Source: Firmicutes bacterium CAG:884
GTDB lineage: Bacteria > Bacillota_I > Bacilli_A > RF39 > UBA660
Direction: 5' to 3'
NCBI GenBank assembly: GCA_000433875.1
Contig: HF993346.1
Coordinates: 2,908 to 66,907, forward strand
Length of the DNA: 64,000 nt
Shown piece after piece: positions 1-12,322 of the stretch. How positions within the stretch are numbered: position 1 is the first letter of the stretch; every line of letters starts with the position of its first letter. The notes under the pieces are model-generated. The model saw only the letters and a program-made list of their open reading frames with translations. It ran no database searches and had not been told where the DNA came from. The translations under genes were made by a program, and so were the position numbers.

Positions 1-112
1 CTATATTTTATATAGACAAGTGGGAGAAAGCATATAAAAATATGCAAAAATACGTGAAAACGTGTAAAATGGTCGATTGAACCACATACAAAAAAATATA
101 GGAGGCGAGAAT

Positions 113-538
113 ATGGCTAAACAAATTGTAAAAGAAGTTAAATTACAAATACCTGCAGGTAAAGCTACACCAGCTCCACCCGTTGGAACAGTATTAGGTC
201 CAGCAGGAATTAACTTGCAAGATTTTTGTACAAAATATAACGATGCAACAAGAGAAAAAATGGGAGATATATTACCAGTTGTAATTTCTATTTATGATGA
301 TAGAAGTTTCGATTTCGTAATTAAAACTCCACCAACACCTTTCCTAATTAAGAAAACATTAGGTCTTAAAAAGGGTGGCGTTAAAGGAGCTAACGAAACA
401 GTTGGCGCTTTATCACAAGAACAATTAAAGCAAATAGCTGAAATTAAAATGCCTGATTTAAACTGCTATGACATAGAAGCTGCTATGAAAATAGTTGAAG
501 GCACTGCTCGTAATATGGGCGTTAAAGTAGAAAAATAA
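113..538 (+). CDS. rplK: 50S ribosomal protein L11
   Basis: Translation MAKQIVKEVKLQIPAGKATPAPPVG...GPAGIN is canonical L11. A GGAGG SD sits 7 nt upstream of the ATG at 113; the track ORF begins earlier at 77. Gene order is rplK-rplA-rplJ-rplL. Confidence 0.93.
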   Translation: MAKQIVKEVKLQIPAGKATPAPPVGTVLGPAGINLQDFCTKYNDATREKMGDILPVVISIYDDRSFDFVIKTPPTPFLIKKTLGLKKGGVKGANETVGALSQEQLKQIAEIKMPDLNCYDIEAAMKIVEGTARNMGVKVEK

Positions 539-624
539 TTTCTATTAAATGTGGAAGGATATAATATCCGTTTTCAAGTAAAATTAAAAAATTTTCCCAA
601 ATACCACATAAGGAGGTTAGAAAA

Positions 625-1320
625 ATGAAAAAAGGACGTAAATACACAGAAGCTTGTACAAAAGTTGATAAAACAAAACTATATACTAATGAAGAAGCTG
701 TTAAATTAGTTAAAGAAACATCTATTACTAAGTTTGATTCTTCAGTAGAAATAGCAATCAAATTAAACCTTGATACTAAGAAAGCTGACCAACAATTAAG
801 AGGTGCATTTGTACTTCCTAATGGATCAGGAAAAACTAAAAAAGTATTAGTAATTGCTAAGAATGCTTTTGCTGATCAAGCTCGTGCTGCTGGAGCAGAT
901 TATGTTGGTGATGTTGATATGCTTGAAAAAATTGAAAAAGAAAATTGGTTCGATTTTGATACATTAATAGCAACACCAGATATGATGCCTCAATTAGGTA
1001 AATTAGGTAAAGTATTAGGACCAAAAGGATTAATGCCAAACCCTAAAACAGGAACAGTTACAACTGACGTTAAGAAAGCTGTTGAAGATGTTAAAAGCGG
1101 TCGTATTGAATATCGTACTGATAGTTTTGGTAACATTCACGCTATAATTGGTAAAGTTTCATTTGATGAAGAAAAATTACTTCAAAACTTGAACGCTTTC
1201 GTAGCTATGATTGCTAAAACTAAACCATCTGTTATAAAAGGAACTTATATTCAAAATATTAGTATCTCATCAACAATGGGTCCAGGTATAAAAATAAATG
1301 CAAATAGCTTTGACATTTAA
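625..1320 (+). CDS. rplA: 50S ribosomal protein L1
   Basis: 231 aa with L1-family sequence throughout. AAGGAGG SD upstream. Immediately follows rplK. Confidence 0.93.
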   Translation: MKKGRKYTEACTKVDKTKLYTNEEAVKLVKETSITKFDSSVEIAIKLNLDTKKADQQLRGAFVLPNGSGKTKKVLVIAKNAFADQARAAGADYVGDVDMLEKIEKENWFDFDTLIATPDMMPQLGKLGKVLGPKGLMPNPKTGTVTTDVKKAVEDVKSGRIEYRTDSFGNIHAIIGKVSFDEEKLLQNLNAFVAMIAKTKPSVIKGTYIQNISISSTMGPGIKINANSFDI

Positions 1321-1461
1321 AAAATAATATGTTAAAATAATTTTGTTTGAAACCGAAGACAGTGGGTGCTTTAAGCTTAATATCCTACCGAGGAGAAATA
1401 AGAATACTTAAACTCTTTGCTGTCGAATTCGGTGAAGAGTTTTAAAATTATAGGAGGAAAT
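1321..1461 (+). promoter_or_regulatory. Ribosomal protein L10 (rplJ) leader-like 5' UTR
   Basis: A ~140-nt structured, GC-enriched untranslated stretch (gaaaccgaagacagtgggtgctttaagcttaatatcctaccgaggag...) lies between rplA and rplJ. Firmicutes carry the autoregulatory L10 leader at this position. Assigned by position and length only. Confidence 0.4.
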
Positions 1462-1956
1462 ATGGCTAACGCAAAAATAATTGAGAAAAAACAATCAATC
1501 GTAAATGAAATTGCGAATAAAGTAAGTGAATCATCATCTGTAGTATTATTTGAATATCATAATATGACAGTTGCTGATATGACTAAATTACGTCGTGAAC
1601 TAAAAGCAAATAATGCTGATTTAAAAGTTTACAAAAATACACTTACTAAAAGAGCAATTGACTCCTTAAAATTAGATCTTGGTGAACATTTAAACGGACC
1701 AAAAGCAATCGCATTTGGTGCTGATGAAGTAACACCAGTTAAGATTTTAAGCGAGTTTGCAAAAAAATGTCCAGCTCTAGAAATTAAAGTTGGAATAATT
1801 GAAGGAAAGCCAGCAGATCTAGAAGTATTAAATAAATACGCATCAATACCATCAAGAGAAGTATTACTTACTCAAGTTGCTTCAGGCTTAATTGGTACTG
1901 TACGTAATCTATCAATTGCATTAGATTTACTAGCTAAACAAAAAGAAAATAACTAA
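1462..1956 (+). CDS. rplJ: 50S ribosomal protein L10
   Basis: MANAKIIEKKQSIVNEI...; the AGGAGGA SD favours the ATG at 1462 over the track start at 1417. L10 family, followed directly by rplL. Confidence 0.9.
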   Translation: MANAKIIEKKQSIVNEIANKVSESSSVVLFEYHNMTVADMTKLRRELKANNADLKVYKNTLTKRAIDSLKLDLGEHLNGPKAIAFGADEVTPVKILSEFAKKCPALEIKVGIIEGKPADLEVLNKYASIPSREVLLTQVASGLIGTVRNLSIALDLLAKQKENN

Positions 1957-1979
1957 GTCATTAAAAGGAGGAATAGAAA

Positions 1980-2348
1980 ATGGCAAAATTAACAAAAGAA
2001 GCTTTTATTGAATCATTAAATGAAATGAGTATATTAGAAATTAAAGAATTAGTAGACGCTATGAAAGAAGCATACGGAGTAGATCCAAGTGCTGTAGCAG
2101 TTGCTGCTGCACCTGCTGCTGAAGCAAAAGAAGAAGGACCAAGTGCATTTGATGTTGTATTAAGTGCTGCTGGTGCTAATAAACTTGCTGTTATTAAATT
2201 AATTAAAGAAATTACAGGATTAGGTTTAGGTGAATCTAAAGCTATCGCTGATAACGGTGGAGTAATTAAAGAAAAAGTTGCTGCTAATGAAGCTAATGAA
2301 ATGAAAGCTAAATTCGAAGAAGCTGGAGCTACAATCGAACTTAAATAA
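1980..2348 (+). CDS. rplL: 50S ribosomal protein L7/L12
   Basis: 122 aa with an Ala-rich flexible hinge (AVAAAPAAEAKEE) and a C-terminal domain ending ...EEAGATIELK, typical of L7/L12. Confidence 0.93.
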   Translation: MAKLTKEAFIESLNEMSILEIKELVDAMKEAYGVDPSAVAVAAAPAAEAKEEGPSAFDVVLSAAGANKLAVIKLIKEITGLGLGESKAIADNGGVIKEKVAANEANEMKAKFEEAGATIELK

Positions 2349-2356
2349 CAACAAAG

Positions 2357-2393
2357 TCTATACGAATAAAAAAACTTTTCGTATAGGCTTTTT
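2357..2393 (+). terminator. Rho-independent terminator after rplL
   Basis: Hairpin ctatacgaa-taaaaaaacttt-tcgtatag followed by gcttttt. Confidence 0.6.
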
Positions 2394-2399
2394 GACTTT

Positions 2400-2981
2400 A
2401 TGGGACATTATTTTATTAACGAAGACCTTGAGCATAATAAAAAAATAATAAAAGTTATAATTAAGAATGAAGATTTTAGCTTTATAACTGATAATGGAGT
2501 ATTTAGTAAGAAGGGCTTAGATTTTGGTACAAGAACCTTACTTGAAAACTTAGATTACAAAAATATAAATGGCAAAATACTAGATTTTGGATGTGGGTAT
2601 GGAAGTATTGGCATTATTGTATCAAAGTTTACAGGTTTAGAGGTTGATATGCTTGATATCAATAAAAGAAGTATTGAACTTGCTAAAGAAAATAGTAAAC
2701 TAAATAAAGTTAAAACAAATATATTTGAAAGCAATATATATGAAAATGTTCAAGATAAATATGACTATATTATATCTAATCCACCAATAAGAGTCGGAAA
2801 TGAAATTTTATATAAAATATTATTTGAAGCCAAGGACCATTTGAACGATAATGGAAAATTAATAATCGTTGTAAATAAAGATCAAGGTGCCAAAAGTTTA
2901 ATGGAAAAATTGAAAAAATTCTACAATGTAAACTTAATTGCAAAAAATAAAGGTTTTTTTGTAATTTTGTGTTCAAAATAA
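2400..2981 (+). CDS. ybxB: Class I SAM-dependent methyltransferase (RsmC/YbxB-like small methyltransferase)
   Basis: 193 aa with the SAM-binding motif ILDFGCGYGSIGI and an NPPIRVG (NPPF-like) motif. It occupies the rplL-rpoB intergenic position where B. subtilis ybxB sits. Confidence 0.7.
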   Translation: MGHYFINEDLEHNKKIIKVIIKNEDFSFITDNGVFSKKGLDFGTRTLLENLDYKNINGKILDFGCGYGSIGIIVSKFTGLEVDMLDINKRSIELAKENSKLNKVKTNIFESNIYENVQDKYDYIISNPPIRVGNEILYKILFEAKDHLNDNGKLIIVVNKDQGAKSLMEKLKKFYNVNLIAKNKGFFVILCSK

Positions 2982-3080
2982 TTGACACTTTGACATTTGT
3001 TTGTTAGAATTATATATTGGTAGCAATTACTTTAAACATTTTTTAAAGAGTGTCTAAATCTTAGTAATAGGGGTGAATTA

Positions 3081-6000
3081 ATGGCATTTAATGTAAAGAA
3101 ATACGGTGATTACCGTGAAAGACGTAGCTATGCTAAAACAAAGAACTCAGTAGAACTATCTAATCTACTAGAGATTCAAAAAAAATCTTATGACTGGTTT
3201 ATGACAGATGGAATCAAAGAAGTTTTTGAGGATATTTTTCCTGTGGAAAGTTTTACAGGTAATTTAATACTTGAATTCGGTGATTTCTTCTTCGAAGCAC
3301 CACGTTATAACATAAAGGAATGCAAAGATAGGTATTCAACTTATGCATCTCCTTTAAAAGTTGAGGTTAGATTATTTAACCAAGAAACTGGTGAAGTAAA
3401 GGAACAGGAAATCTATTTAGGCGATATGCCAATAATGACAGATAGTGGATCGTTTGTTATTAATGGAGCAGAACGTGTAATAGTTTCACAATTAGTTCGT
3501 TCACCAAGTGTATATTTTGGCCGTGAAGTAGATAAAAACGGAAGAGTATGCATAACAAGCCAAGTAATACCAACAAGAGGAACATGGCTTGAATATGAAA
3601 CCGATACAAGGGGAGTAATCTATGTTCGTATTGATAGAACTAGAAAAGTACCGGTTACTACATTACTTAGAGCAATTGGTTTATCAAATGATGAAGATAT
3701 ATTAAGTGTATTTGGTGAAGATGATTATTTACAAAAAACAATTGAAAAAGATGTAAATAAAAATACTGATGAAGCTTTAATAGATATTCATTCAAAATTA
3801 AGACCAGGTGAACCTAGTACTCTAGACTCAGCTAAGAACCAATTAGTATCTAAATTCTTTGATGCATTTAGATATGATTTAGCAAAAGTAGGACGTTATA
3901 AGTTTAATAAAAAACTAAATGTTCTAGAAAGAATGTTAGGATTAACACTTGCTGAGGATATAAAGAAGAATAATGAGGTTGTTCTAGAAAAAGGAACAAT
4001 TATAACAAAGGATAATTTAGAGGTATTAAAAGATGCACTTGAAGCAGGATTTGGTATAAAAGAAGTACCATTTAATACGGCACTTGATGAAGAAATTCCA
4101 GTATGTAATATTCAAGTTGTAAAAGTATTTGATAAAAATGATCCAACTAAGATTGTTAGAGTTGTTGGAAATGATCAAACACTTACAGTTAAGAGATTAA
4201 CAATATCAGATATTTATGCATCTGTATCATATTATTTAAATTTATTAGGTGGAATTGGTAATTTTGATGAAATTGACCATCTATCAAATAGACGTGTACG
4301 TCAAGTTGGTGAATTGTTACAAAATCAATTCAGAATTGGTATAGCTCGTATTGAAAGAGTAATTAGAGATAGAATGAGTACTCAAGATATAGCTGAAGTT
4401 ACTCCAAAAACACTTATAAATATAAGACCTTTAACAGCTGCAATCAAAGAATTCTTTGGTAGTAGCCAATTATCGCAATTTATGGATCAAACTAATCCAA
4501 TTGCAGAATTAACAAATAAAAGAAGATTAACTTGCTTAGGACCTGGTGGTTTAGCTCGTGATAGAGCAGGTATGGATGTTCGTGATGTTAACCCATCACA
4601 CTATGGAAGATTATGTCCAATTGAATCTCCAGAAGGACAAAATATCGGATTAATCACTTCACTTGCTTCTTATGCAAGAGTAAATGATTATGGTTTTATA
4701 ATGACACCATATCGTAAAGTTGTAAATTGCAAGTTAACTGATGAAATTGTTTATATGACAGCAGATGAAGAGATGGATTATTACATTTCTCAAGCTACTG
4801 TAAATATTAATGATGATGGTGAAATAACAGATAGTCGTGTACCAGCAAGATACAGAGATGATAATGTAATTATTGAAAAAGAAAAAGTTGATTTTATTGA
4901 TGTATCACCTCAACAAGTTGTATCAATTACAACAAGTGGTATTCCATTCTTGGAACATGATGATGGTAAGAGAGCCCTAATGGGTGCAAACATGCAACGT
5001 CAAGCATTACCACTTATTACAACAGAAGCTCCAAGAGTTGGAACTGGTGTTGAAGCAATCGCAGCTCGTGATTCTGGAACAGTTGTAATATCAAATACTG
5101 ATGGTATTGTTGACTATGTTGATGGAAAGAAAATTATAATTAAAAATATGAGTGGCAACTCAGAAACTTATTGGTTGAATGGATTTGAAAGATCTAATAA
5201 TGGTACTTGTTATCATCAAAAACCAATTGTAAGAGTTGGTGATAGTGTTAGAAGAGGACAAGTAATAGGTGATGGCCCAAGTACTAATAAAGGTGAACTT
5301 GCACTTGGTAAAAATGTTACAGTTGCATTTATGAACTATGATGGCTATAACTATGAAGATGCTGTTATTCTAAACGAAAGATTAGTAAAAGATGATGTTT
5401 ATACATCAATACATATTGAAAGTTATCAAATAGAGTGTCGTGATACTAAACTTGGACCAGAAGAGTTTACAAGAGATATTCCGAATGTTGGTGAAGATGC
5501 TAGACGTAACCTTGATGAAAATGGTATCATTAGAATTGGTACTGAAGTAAAAGATGATGATATTCTAGTAGGAAAAGTAACTCCTAAAGGAATGGCTGAA
5601 CTTACAAGTGAAGAAAAATTATTACACGCTATATTTGGTGAAAAAACAAGAGAAGTTCGTGATACTTCACTTAGAGTTCCACACGGAGGAGAAGGTATTG
5701 TTCATGATGTTAAAGTATTTACAAAAGAAGATACTGATGAATTACCTCCAGGAGTATTTAAGATAGTTCGTGTTTATATAGCACAAAAGAGAAAAATCCA
5801 AGTTGGTGATAAGATGGCTGGAAGACACGGTAATAAGGGTGTTATATCATTGATATTACCGGAAGAAGATATGCCATACTTAGCTGATGGTACACCAGTT
5901 GATATCCTTCTTAATCCACTAGGAGTTCCATCACGTATGAACCTTGGACAAATTCTAGAAATGCATTTAGGTGCAGCTGCTGAAAAATTAAATATTTATG

Positions 6001-6710
6001 TTTCAACTCCTGTATTTGAAGGTGCAACTAGAGGCGAAATAATTGATGCTTTGAAAGAAGCTGGATTAGATGAAGATGGTAAGACTGTTTTATATAATGG
6101 TAGAACAGGTGAACCTTATGATAATAGAATAAGCGTTGGTGTAATGTATATGATCAAGCTTCACCATATGGTTGATGATAAGTTGCACGCTCGTTCAACT
6201 GGACCATACAGTACAGTTACACAACAACCACTTGGCGGAAAGGCTCAATTTGGTGGTCAGAGATTTGGTGAAATGGAAGTTTGGGCATTATATGCTTATG
6301 GTGCTGCTAATGTTTTACAAGAAATGATGACTGTTAAATCAGATGATGTTGTTGGCCGTGTTAAAGTATATGAGGCTTTAGTTAAAGGTGAACCAATACC
6401 TAAATCTGGTGTTCCAGAAAGCTTTAAAGTATTAATTAAAGAATTCCAAGCTTTAGGGCTTGATATAACAGTACTTGGTCAAGATGATAAGTTCCACGAA
6501 TTAAAAGAACTTGAAGAAAAAGAGACTAATACTGGTCTTCCAGAAAACGAAGAAGATAAAATAATTGATTTGAATTTATCAGATGATGAAGTTAGTGCGA
6601 CAGAAGAAACCGTAGCTGAAGAGTTGGATGAATTTGAAGATGAAGCATTAAGCGATGAAGAAATTGAACAAGATTTCATTGATGCTTATGAGAAAGGGGA
6701 GATTGAATAA
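3081..6710 (+). CDS. rpoB: DNA-directed RNA polymerase subunit beta
   Basis: 1209 aa carrying conserved RpoB blocks ([30 protein letters not shown]). GGGGTGA SD upstream. Confidence 0.97.
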   Translation: MAFNVKKYGDYRERRSYAKTKNSVELSNLLEIQKKSYDWFMTDGIKEVFEDIFPVESFTGNLILEFGDFFFEAPRYNIKECKDRYSTYASPLKVEVRLFNQETGEVKEQEIYLGDMPIMTDSGSFVINGAERVIVSQLVRSPSVYFGREVDKNGRVCITSQVIPTRGTWLEYETDTRGVIYVRIDRTRKVPVTTLLRAIGLSNDEDILSVFGEDDYLQKTIEKDVNKNTDEALIDIHSKLRPGEPSTLDSAKNQLVSKFFDAFRYDLAKVGRYKFNKKLNVLERMLGLTLAEDIKKNNEVVLEKGTIITKDNLEVLKDALEAGFGIKEVPFNTALDEEIPVCNIQVVKVFDKNDPTKIVRVVGNDQTLTVKRLTISDIYASVSYYLNLLGGIGNFDEIDHLSNRRVRQVGELLQNQFRIGIARIERVIRDRMSTQDIAEVTPKTLINIRPLTAAIKEFFGSSQLSQFMDQTNPIAELTNKRRLTCLGPGGLARDRAGMDVRDVNPSHYGRLCPIESPEGQNIGLITSLASYARVNDYGFIMTPYRKVVNCKLTDEIVYMTADEEMDYYISQATVNINDDGEITDSRVPARYRDDNVIIEKEKVDFIDVSPQQVVSITTSGIPFLEHDDGKRALMGANMQRQALPLITTEAPRVGTGVEAIAARDSGTVVISNTDGIVDYVDGKKIIIKNMSGNSETYWLNGFERSNNGTCYHQKPIVRVGDSVRRGQVIGDGPSTNKGELALGKNVTVAFMNYDGYNYEDAVILNERLVKDDVYTSIHIESYQIECRDTKLGPEEFTRDIPNVGEDARRNLDENGIIRIGTEVKDDDILVGKVTPKGMAELTSEEKLLHAIFGEKTREVRDTSLRVPHGGEGIVHDVKVFTKEDTDELPPGVFKIVRVYIAQKRKIQVGDKMAGRHGNKGVISLILPEEDMPYLADGTPVDILLNPLGVPSRMNLGQILEMHLGAAAEKLNIYVSTPVFEGATRGEIIDALKEAGLDEDGKTVLYNGRTGEPYDNRISVGVMYMIKLHHMVDDKLHARSTGPYSTVTQQPLGGKAQFGGQRFGEMEVWALYAYGAANVLQEMMTVKSDDVVGRVKVYEALVKGEPIPKSGVPESFKVLIKEFQALGLDITVLGQDDKFHELKELEEKETNTGLPENEEDKIIDLNLSDDEVSATEETVAEELDEFEDEALSDEEIEQDFIDAYEKGEIE

Positions 6711-9700
6711 TGGATGTAAATGATTTTGAAGGAATAAGAATTTCCATCGCATCTCCTGAAAAAATAAGAGCTTGGTCATATGGAGAGGTTAAAAAAGCAG
6801 AAACAATCAACTATCGTACTTTAAAACCAGAAAGAGATGGGTTGTTTTGTGAAAAGATTTTTGGACCTACAAAAGATTTTGAATGCTCTTGTGGAAAATA
6901 TAAAAGATTAAGATATAAAAATATCGTTTGTGATAAATGTGGAGTTGAAGTTACACGTGCTAAGGTACGTCGTGAGAGAATGGGACACATTGAACTTGCA
7001 ACTCCTGTTTCCCACATTTGGTTCTTTAAGGGTGTGCCTTCAAGAATGGGACTTGTTCTTGATATGTCTCCAAGAGATTTAGAAGAAGTATTATACTTTG
7101 TATCATATGTTGTTTTGGATCCAGGAAGTGCACCACTTGAAAAGAAACAAACTATTTCTGATAAAGAATATAGAGCTTATTATGAAAAATATGGTAACTC
7201 ATTTAGAGTTGGTATGGGCGCTGAAGCTATAAAAGAATTACTTTTACAAGTTGATATTGAAAAAGAAGTAGAAAATATTAAGGAAGAAATAGCAGCTATT
7301 AAAGATTCAGCTAGTCAAAAAAGAGTTAGGTTAATTAAAAGACTTGATGTATTAAATGCATTTTTAGAGTCAGGTAATCAACCATCTTGGATGATTTTAG
7401 ATGCTCTTCCTGTAATTCCACCTGATTTAAGACCAATGTTACAACTTGATGGTGGAAGATTCGCGACTTCTGATTTAAATGATTTATATAGAAGAGTTAT
7501 AAATCGTAATAACAGACTTAAAAAGTTAATGGAATTAGGTGCGCCTTCTATAATTATTCAAAATGAAAAACGTATGCTTCAAGAAGCTGTAGATGCTTTA
7601 TTTGATAATGGTAGAAGAGGAAGAAATATAACAGGTGCTGGTAATAGACCACTAAAGTCTTTATCAAATATGTTAAAAGGTAAACAAGGTCGTTTCCGTC
7701 AAAACTTACTTGGTAAACGTGTTGACTATTCTGGTCGTTCAGTTATCGTTGTTGGTCCTTCATTAAAAATGTATGAATGTGGTATTCCAAAAGATATGGC
7801 TCTTGAATTATTTAAACCACATGTTATAAATGGTTTAGTTACAAAAGAATTAGCATCTAATATTAAAGCTGCTAAGAAGATGATTGATAATAAAGATCCA
7901 AGAGTATGGGATATTGTTGAAGAAAAAATGAAAGAACATCCGGTTATGTTAAACCGTGCTCCTACATTACATAGACTTGGTATTCAAGCGTTTGAACCAA
8001 AATTAATTGGTGGAAAGGTTATTAGACTTCACCCTCTAGTTTGTACAGCTTTCAATGCTGATTTCGATGGTGACCAAATGGCTGTTCACTTACCAATTTC
8101 TGAAGAGGCTCAAGCTGAGGCTAGAATATTGATGTTAGGTGCAAATAACATTCTATCTCCAAAGGATGGAAAACCTATTGTTACACCGGGACAAGATATG
8201 GTATTAGGTAACTATTACTTATCTATTGAAAGAAAAGGTCTTGAAGGTGAGGGTAGAGTATTTAAGAGTCCAGATGCTGTGCTTATGGCATATGAGAGAA
8301 GAGAAATTACTCTTCATACGAGAATTGCTTTACCTACTAAGTCATTTAGACACAAATTATTCCCAGAAGAATATATGGATAAATATTTAGTTACAACACC
8401 TGGTAAGATTATATTTAATGAAATATTCCCAGATAGTTATCAATATATAAACGAAGGTAGTACTGAAAATATTGAAGTTATGACTCCAAGTAAATTCTTC
8501 TTGAGTAAAGGAACTGATATTAAATCTACTATAGCAGAAATGCCTATAACAAATGCATTTAATAAAGGTGTGCTTGGTAAGTTAATTGCTCAAATATATA
8601 AGAGATATGCTACAACTGAAACTTCAGTTATGCTTGATAAATTAAAAGATTTAGGTTTTAAACATTCAGCTTTATCAGGTATTTCAATTGCAATATCAGA
8701 TGTTGTTGAAAGTGTTAAGAAACCAGAAATAATTGCTTCATCACAAGCTCTTGTTGATACAATTAATAAACAGTTCAAGAGAGGTTTGATTACTGATGAA
8801 GAAAGATATAACAAGGTTATTGAGACTTGGACAAAAGCTAAGGCTGAGATTCAAGCTGAATTAAAAGAAACTGTTGAGAATGATTTGAAGAATAATCCAA
8901 ATCCAAATCCAATATACTTAATGATGGATTCTAAGGCTCGTGGTGATATTAATTCCCATACACAATTATGTGGTATGCGTGGATTATTTACTAACCCATC
9001 GGGTGGTCAAGTAGAAATACCGGTTATTTCATCATTTAGTGAGGGTGTGTCAATTTCTGAGTTCTTTATTTCAACTCATGGTACTCGTAAGGGTGCGGTT
9101 GATACAGCTCTTAAAACAGCGGATGCTGGTTACTTAACAAGAAGACTTGTTGATGTTGTACAAGATATTATTGTTCGTGATGATGATTGTGGAACTGATC
9201 AAGGTATGGTAGTTCGTGCATTTATAAATGAAAATGATGGAACTGTTGTTGAGTCATTTAAGGAAAGAATTTCTGGTAGATATACTGCTAAGAATGTTAT
9301 TGATCCTAAAACAAAAGAGATTATTTGTGAAAGAAATACATATATTACTGAACAACTTGCTGATAAGATATGTAAGGCTGGTATTGAAGAAATATCAATT
9401 AGAACTGTTTTAACTTGTAAGTCTGATCATGGTGTATGTCGTATGTGTTACGGCCGTAACTTAGCAACTGGTTCAATTGTTGAAACTGGTGAGGCTGTTG
9501 GTATAATGGCTGCTCAATCTATTGGTGAACCTGGTACACAGTTAACTATGAAAAACTTTAATACTGGTGGTGTTGCTGGTGGAGATGATATTACACAAGG
9601 TTTACCTCGTGTTCAAGAGTTATTTGAAGCTAGAATACCAAAAGGAAAGGCTACTATTTCTGAGATTAATGGTGTTGTTACTAAGATCGAAGATGATGGT

Positions 9701-10363
9701 GGTAAATGGGTTATTACAGTAGCGAATGATGCTGATAAGAAGGAGCATACTTCTAATTATGGCGCTAAGCTTGCTGTTGAGTTAAATCAAGAGGTTAAGG
9801 CTGGTCAAAGATTAACTCATGGTGCTATTTCACCTAAAGAGTTATTAACTGTTACTGATCCTATTACTGTACAAAATTATATACTTCTTGAAATACAAAA
9901 GGTATATCGTTCACAGGGTATTGATATTAGTGATAAGCACGTTGAGATAATGGCTAAGAGAATGATTTCTAAGATTAAGATTATTAATAGTGGTGATACT
10001 TTATTCTTACCTGGTACAATGGTTAATATTAATGAGTTTACTGATACTAATAAGAGCTTTATTCTTGAAGGAAAGGTTCCTGCTACTGGTAGACCAGTAT
10101 TACTTGGTATTACTAAGGCTTCTCTTGAAACTGATTCATTCTTATCTGCTGCATCATTCCAAGAGACTACTAGAATCTTAACTGATGCTGCTATACATGG
10201 TAAGATTGATCATTTAAATGGTTTAAAAGAAAATGTTATTATTGGTAAGTTAATTCCTGCTGGAACTGGTTGTAAGAAATACAGAAATGTAGAGTATAAA
10301 CTTAAAAATGATGTTATTGATACAGAACCTTTAGATGTATTAGAACAACAATTAATGGATTAA
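6710..10363 (+). CDS. rpoC: DNA-directed RNA polymerase subunit beta'
   Basis: 1217 aa with the N-terminal Zn finger [20 protein letters not shown] and the catalytic [12 protein letters not shown] motif. The start overlaps the rpoB stop (TAATG). Confidence 0.97.
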   Translation: MDVNDFEGIRISIASPEKIRAWSYGEVKKAETINYRTLKPERDGLFCEKIFGPTKDFECSCGKYKRLRYKNIVCDKCGVEVTRAKVRRERMGHIELATPVSHIWFFKGVPSRMGLVLDMSPRDLEEVLYFVSYVVLDPGSAPLEKKQTISDKEYRAYYEKYGNSFRVGMGAEAIKELLLQVDIEKEVENIKEEIAAIKDSASQKRVRLIKRLDVLNAFLESGNQPSWMILDALPVIPPDLRPMLQLDGGRFATSDLNDLYRRVINRNNRLKKLMELGAPSIIIQNEKRMLQEAVDALFDNGRRGRNITGAGNRPLKSLSNMLKGKQGRFRQNLLGKRVDYSGRSVIVVGPSLKMYECGIPKDMALELFKPHVINGLVTKELASNIKAAKKMIDNKDPRVWDIVEEKMKEHPVMLNRAPTLHRLGIQAFEPKLIGGKVIRLHPLVCTAFNADFDGDQMAVHLPISEEAQAEARILMLGANNILSPKDGKPIVTPGQDMVLGNYYLSIERKGLEGEGRVFKSPDAVLMAYERREITLHTRIALPTKSFRHKLFPEEYMDKYLVTTPGKIIFNEIFPDSYQYINEGSTENIEVMTPSKFFLSKGTDIKSTIAEMPITNAFNKGVLGKLIAQIYKRYATTETSVMLDKLKDLGFKHSALSGISIAISDVVESVKKPEIIASSQALVDTINKQFKRGLITDEERYNKVIETWTKAKAEIQAELKETVENDLKNNPNPNPIYLMMDSKARGDINSHTQLCGMRGLFTNPSGGQVEIPVISSFSEGVSISEFFISTHGTRKGAVDTALKTADAGYLTRRLVDVVQDIIVRDDDCGTDQGMVVRAFINENDGTVVESFKERISGRYTAKNVIDPKTKEIICERNTYITEQLADKICKAGIEEISIRTVLTCKSDHGVCRMCYGRNLATGSIVETGEAVGIMAAQSIGEPGTQLTMKNFNTGGVAGGDDITQGLPRVQELFEARIPKGKATISEINGVVTKIEDDGGKWVITVANDADKKEHTSNYGAKLAVELNQEVKAGQRLTHGAISPKELLTVTDPITVQNYILLEIQKVYRSQGIDISDKHVEIMAKRMISKIKIINSGDTLFLPGTMVNINEFTDTNKSFILEGKVPATGRPVLLGITKASLETDSFLSAASFQETTRILTDAAIHGKIDHLNGLKENVIIGKLIPAGTGCKKYRNVEYKLKNDVIDTEPLDVLEQQLMD

Positions 10364-10366
10364 AAA

Positions 10367-10392
10367 ACTAGAGAAATCTAGTTTTTTTCTTA
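10367..10392 (+). terminator. Rho-independent terminator after rpoC
   Basis: aaaaactagagaaatctagttttttt: stem ctaga/tctag followed by a T-run. Confidence 0.65.
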
Positions 10393-10679
10393 ATTTTGTG
10401 TTGATTGAACAATTTATATATTGTAAATTAATACATCAAATGTAACAGATATATATTGTATGTTTCGGAATTGTTCAGAAATAAATATAATGAATATAAC
10501 AAGTACAACTTATTATTCAAATATGTTTAGTAATACTTTAACTGATCCTGATGCATATGTTATAATTGGTTATACTACTGAAACGCAATCTATTGCTGAA
10601 GCAATGAAATCAACAGCTGGTAGTAGTTCATCTAAAATAACCTTAAAACAAATATAAAAAAGAGAATTAATTTCTCTTT

Positions 10680-11612
10680 TTATTTTTCTATATTAGTTTC
10701 TTTTACAATATAAATAGGCCTTTTTTTAGTTTCTAAATAAGTTTTAGATAAATATTCACCAATTATACCAGTACAGAATAATTGAATACCACTTACAAAG
10801 AAAATAATACAAGCTAAACTTGGCCAACCATTTACAGGATCACCAAAACATAATGTTTTAACAATTATAACAATAATCATTATAAATGAAACAAAACAGA
10901 ATAGCATACCTATAAATGCAGCAATTGTAAGTGGAGTAGTAGTAAATGCTACAATACCCTCAATTGCATAACCAAATAATTTCCAAAATGACCATTTGGT
11001 TTCTCCAGCAACTCTTTCAATGTTTTCATATTCAAGCCATTTAGTATTGTATCCAACAAAGCTAAATAAGCCTTTTGAATATCTATTGTATTCTTTTAAT
11101 TCAAGAATTGAATTAACCATTTGTCTAGTCATTAGCCTAAAATCTCTTGCACCATCAACCATTTCAACTTTGGACATTTTATTAATAATTTTATAAAACA
11201 TACGTGCAAAGAAACTTCTAATTGGTGGTTCACCTTTTCTTGTAACTCTTCTTGTACCAATACAATCATAACCTTCTTCTTCAATTGATCTAACCATTTC
11301 AGGAAGTAAACTGGGTGGATCTTGTAAATCTGCATCCATTATTGTAATATAATCACCACTTGATAATTCTAAACCAGCAAGCATAGCAGCTTCTTTACCA
11401 AAGTTTCTTGAAAAATGAACATATTTAACCCTTTTATCTTTTTTACTTAATTCTTTTACAATATCTATTGTTTTATCTTTTGAACCATCATTAACAAAAA
11501 TGAATTCAAAATCATTCTTCATAGATTTGCTCACTTTATCTATTTCCTCATAAAAGAAAGGAATAGCTTCTTCTTCATTGTAACAAGGTACAACAATACT
11601 TAATTTTTTCAT
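10680..11612 (-). CDS. Family 2 glycosyltransferase (polyprenyl-phosphate sugar transferase, GtrB/CsbB-like) with C-terminal TM helices
   Basis: N-terminus KLSIVVPCYNEEEAI...FIFVNDGSKDKT and a DAD motif (IMDADLQD). Two C-terminal hydrophobic helices, as in GtrB-type enzymes. A GGAGGG SD supports the ATG at 11612; the track begins 15 codons earlier. Confidence 0.75.
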   Translation of the reverse strand: MKKLSIVVPCYNEEEAIPFFYEEIDKVSKSMKNDFEFIFVNDGSKDKTIDIVKELSKKDKRVKYVHFSRNFGKEAAMLAGLELSSGDYITIMDADLQDPPSLLPEMVRSIEEEGYDCIGTRRVTRKGEPPIRSFFARMFYKIINKMSKVEMVDGARDFRLMTRQMVNSILELKEYNRYSKGLFSFVGYNTKWLEYENIERVAGETKWSFWKLFGYAIEGIVAFTTTPLTIAAFIGMLFCFVSFIMIIVIIVKTLCFGDPVNGWPSLACIIFFVSGIQLFCTGIIGEYLSKTYLETKKRPIYIVKETNIEK

Positions 11613-11713
11613 ATTACCCTCCAAGTACATTATAGCAAAAAAAAGAAAATAAAACAAATAGTTCCTTTACATATCTTTACTTTAAAGCTAAAATATATTT
11701 AGGAGGAAATAAA

Positions 11714-12286
11714 ATGGATCTATTATTAGCGTCTTCATCAAAATTTAAAACAGAAATATTAAATAAAGTATGTTTATATCATAAATGTATAAATAGTAAT
11801 TTTGATGAATCAAAAATTAAGTGTAAAAATCCTTATAAAAAAGTCAAATTACTTGCGCTTAATAAAGCAAAAAGTATAAAAGAAAAAGGTATAATAATTG
11901 GACTCGATACAATTGTTTTAGTAAATAATAAGATATTAGAAAAGCCTTCATCATTAGAAGAAGCAAGAAAATATTTAGAAATATCATCGAATAGAACTGT
12001 AAAAGTTATAACAGGATATGCAATTATAAATGGAAATAAAATAATTAATTCTTATGCTGTAACAAAGGTAAAGTTTAATAAAATAAGTAAAGAAGATATT
12101 GATTATTATTTGAAAAACGAAAAAGATGCTTTATATGTATCAGGTTTTGTAATTGAAGGAATGATGAGCAACTATATAAATAAAATAAATGGAAGCTTTT
12201 ATAACATATTAGGTGTACCAGTTGAAGAAATATATAAAAATTTGAAAAAGATGGGATATAACTTAAATATGTTTAAAAAGTCTTAA
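11714..12286 (+). CDS. maf: Maf-like nucleoside triphosphate pyrophosphatase
   Basis: 190 aa; MDLLLASSSKFKTEIL... and IIGLDTIV resemble Maf/YhdE. AGGAGGA SD. Confidence 0.7.
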   Translation: MDLLLASSSKFKTEILNKVCLYHKCINSNFDESKIKCKNPYKKVKLLALNKAKSIKEKGIIIGLDTIVLVNNKILEKPSSLEEARKYLEISSNRTVKVITGYAIINGNKIINSYAVTKVKFNKISKEDIDYYLKNEKDALYVSGFVIEGMMSNYINKINGSFYNILGVPVEEIYKNLKKMGYNLNMFKKS

Positions 12287-12322
12287 TAATATGATATAAT
12301 TTTATTATGAAAAGAGGTTTGT

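Noticed and set aside
522-1039. Antisense or overlapping small ORFs (522..761 -, 857..1039 -) within or next to rplK/rplA. Similar antisense ORFs lie inside rpoB/rpoC: 6479..6679, 6811..7017, 8590..8814, 9228..9413, 9990..10181.
   Set aside because: They lie inside strongly supported conserved genes on the opposite strand or in another frame. They are low-complexity, hydrophobic translations typical of AT-rich antisense frames and have no SD.
10460-10657. 65-aa ORF in the rpoC-GT2 intergenic region
   Set aside because: No SD, and no recognisable motif. It sits between the rpoC terminator and a bidirectional terminator (10656-10683). Probably untranslated spacer, though a small RNA cannot be excluded.
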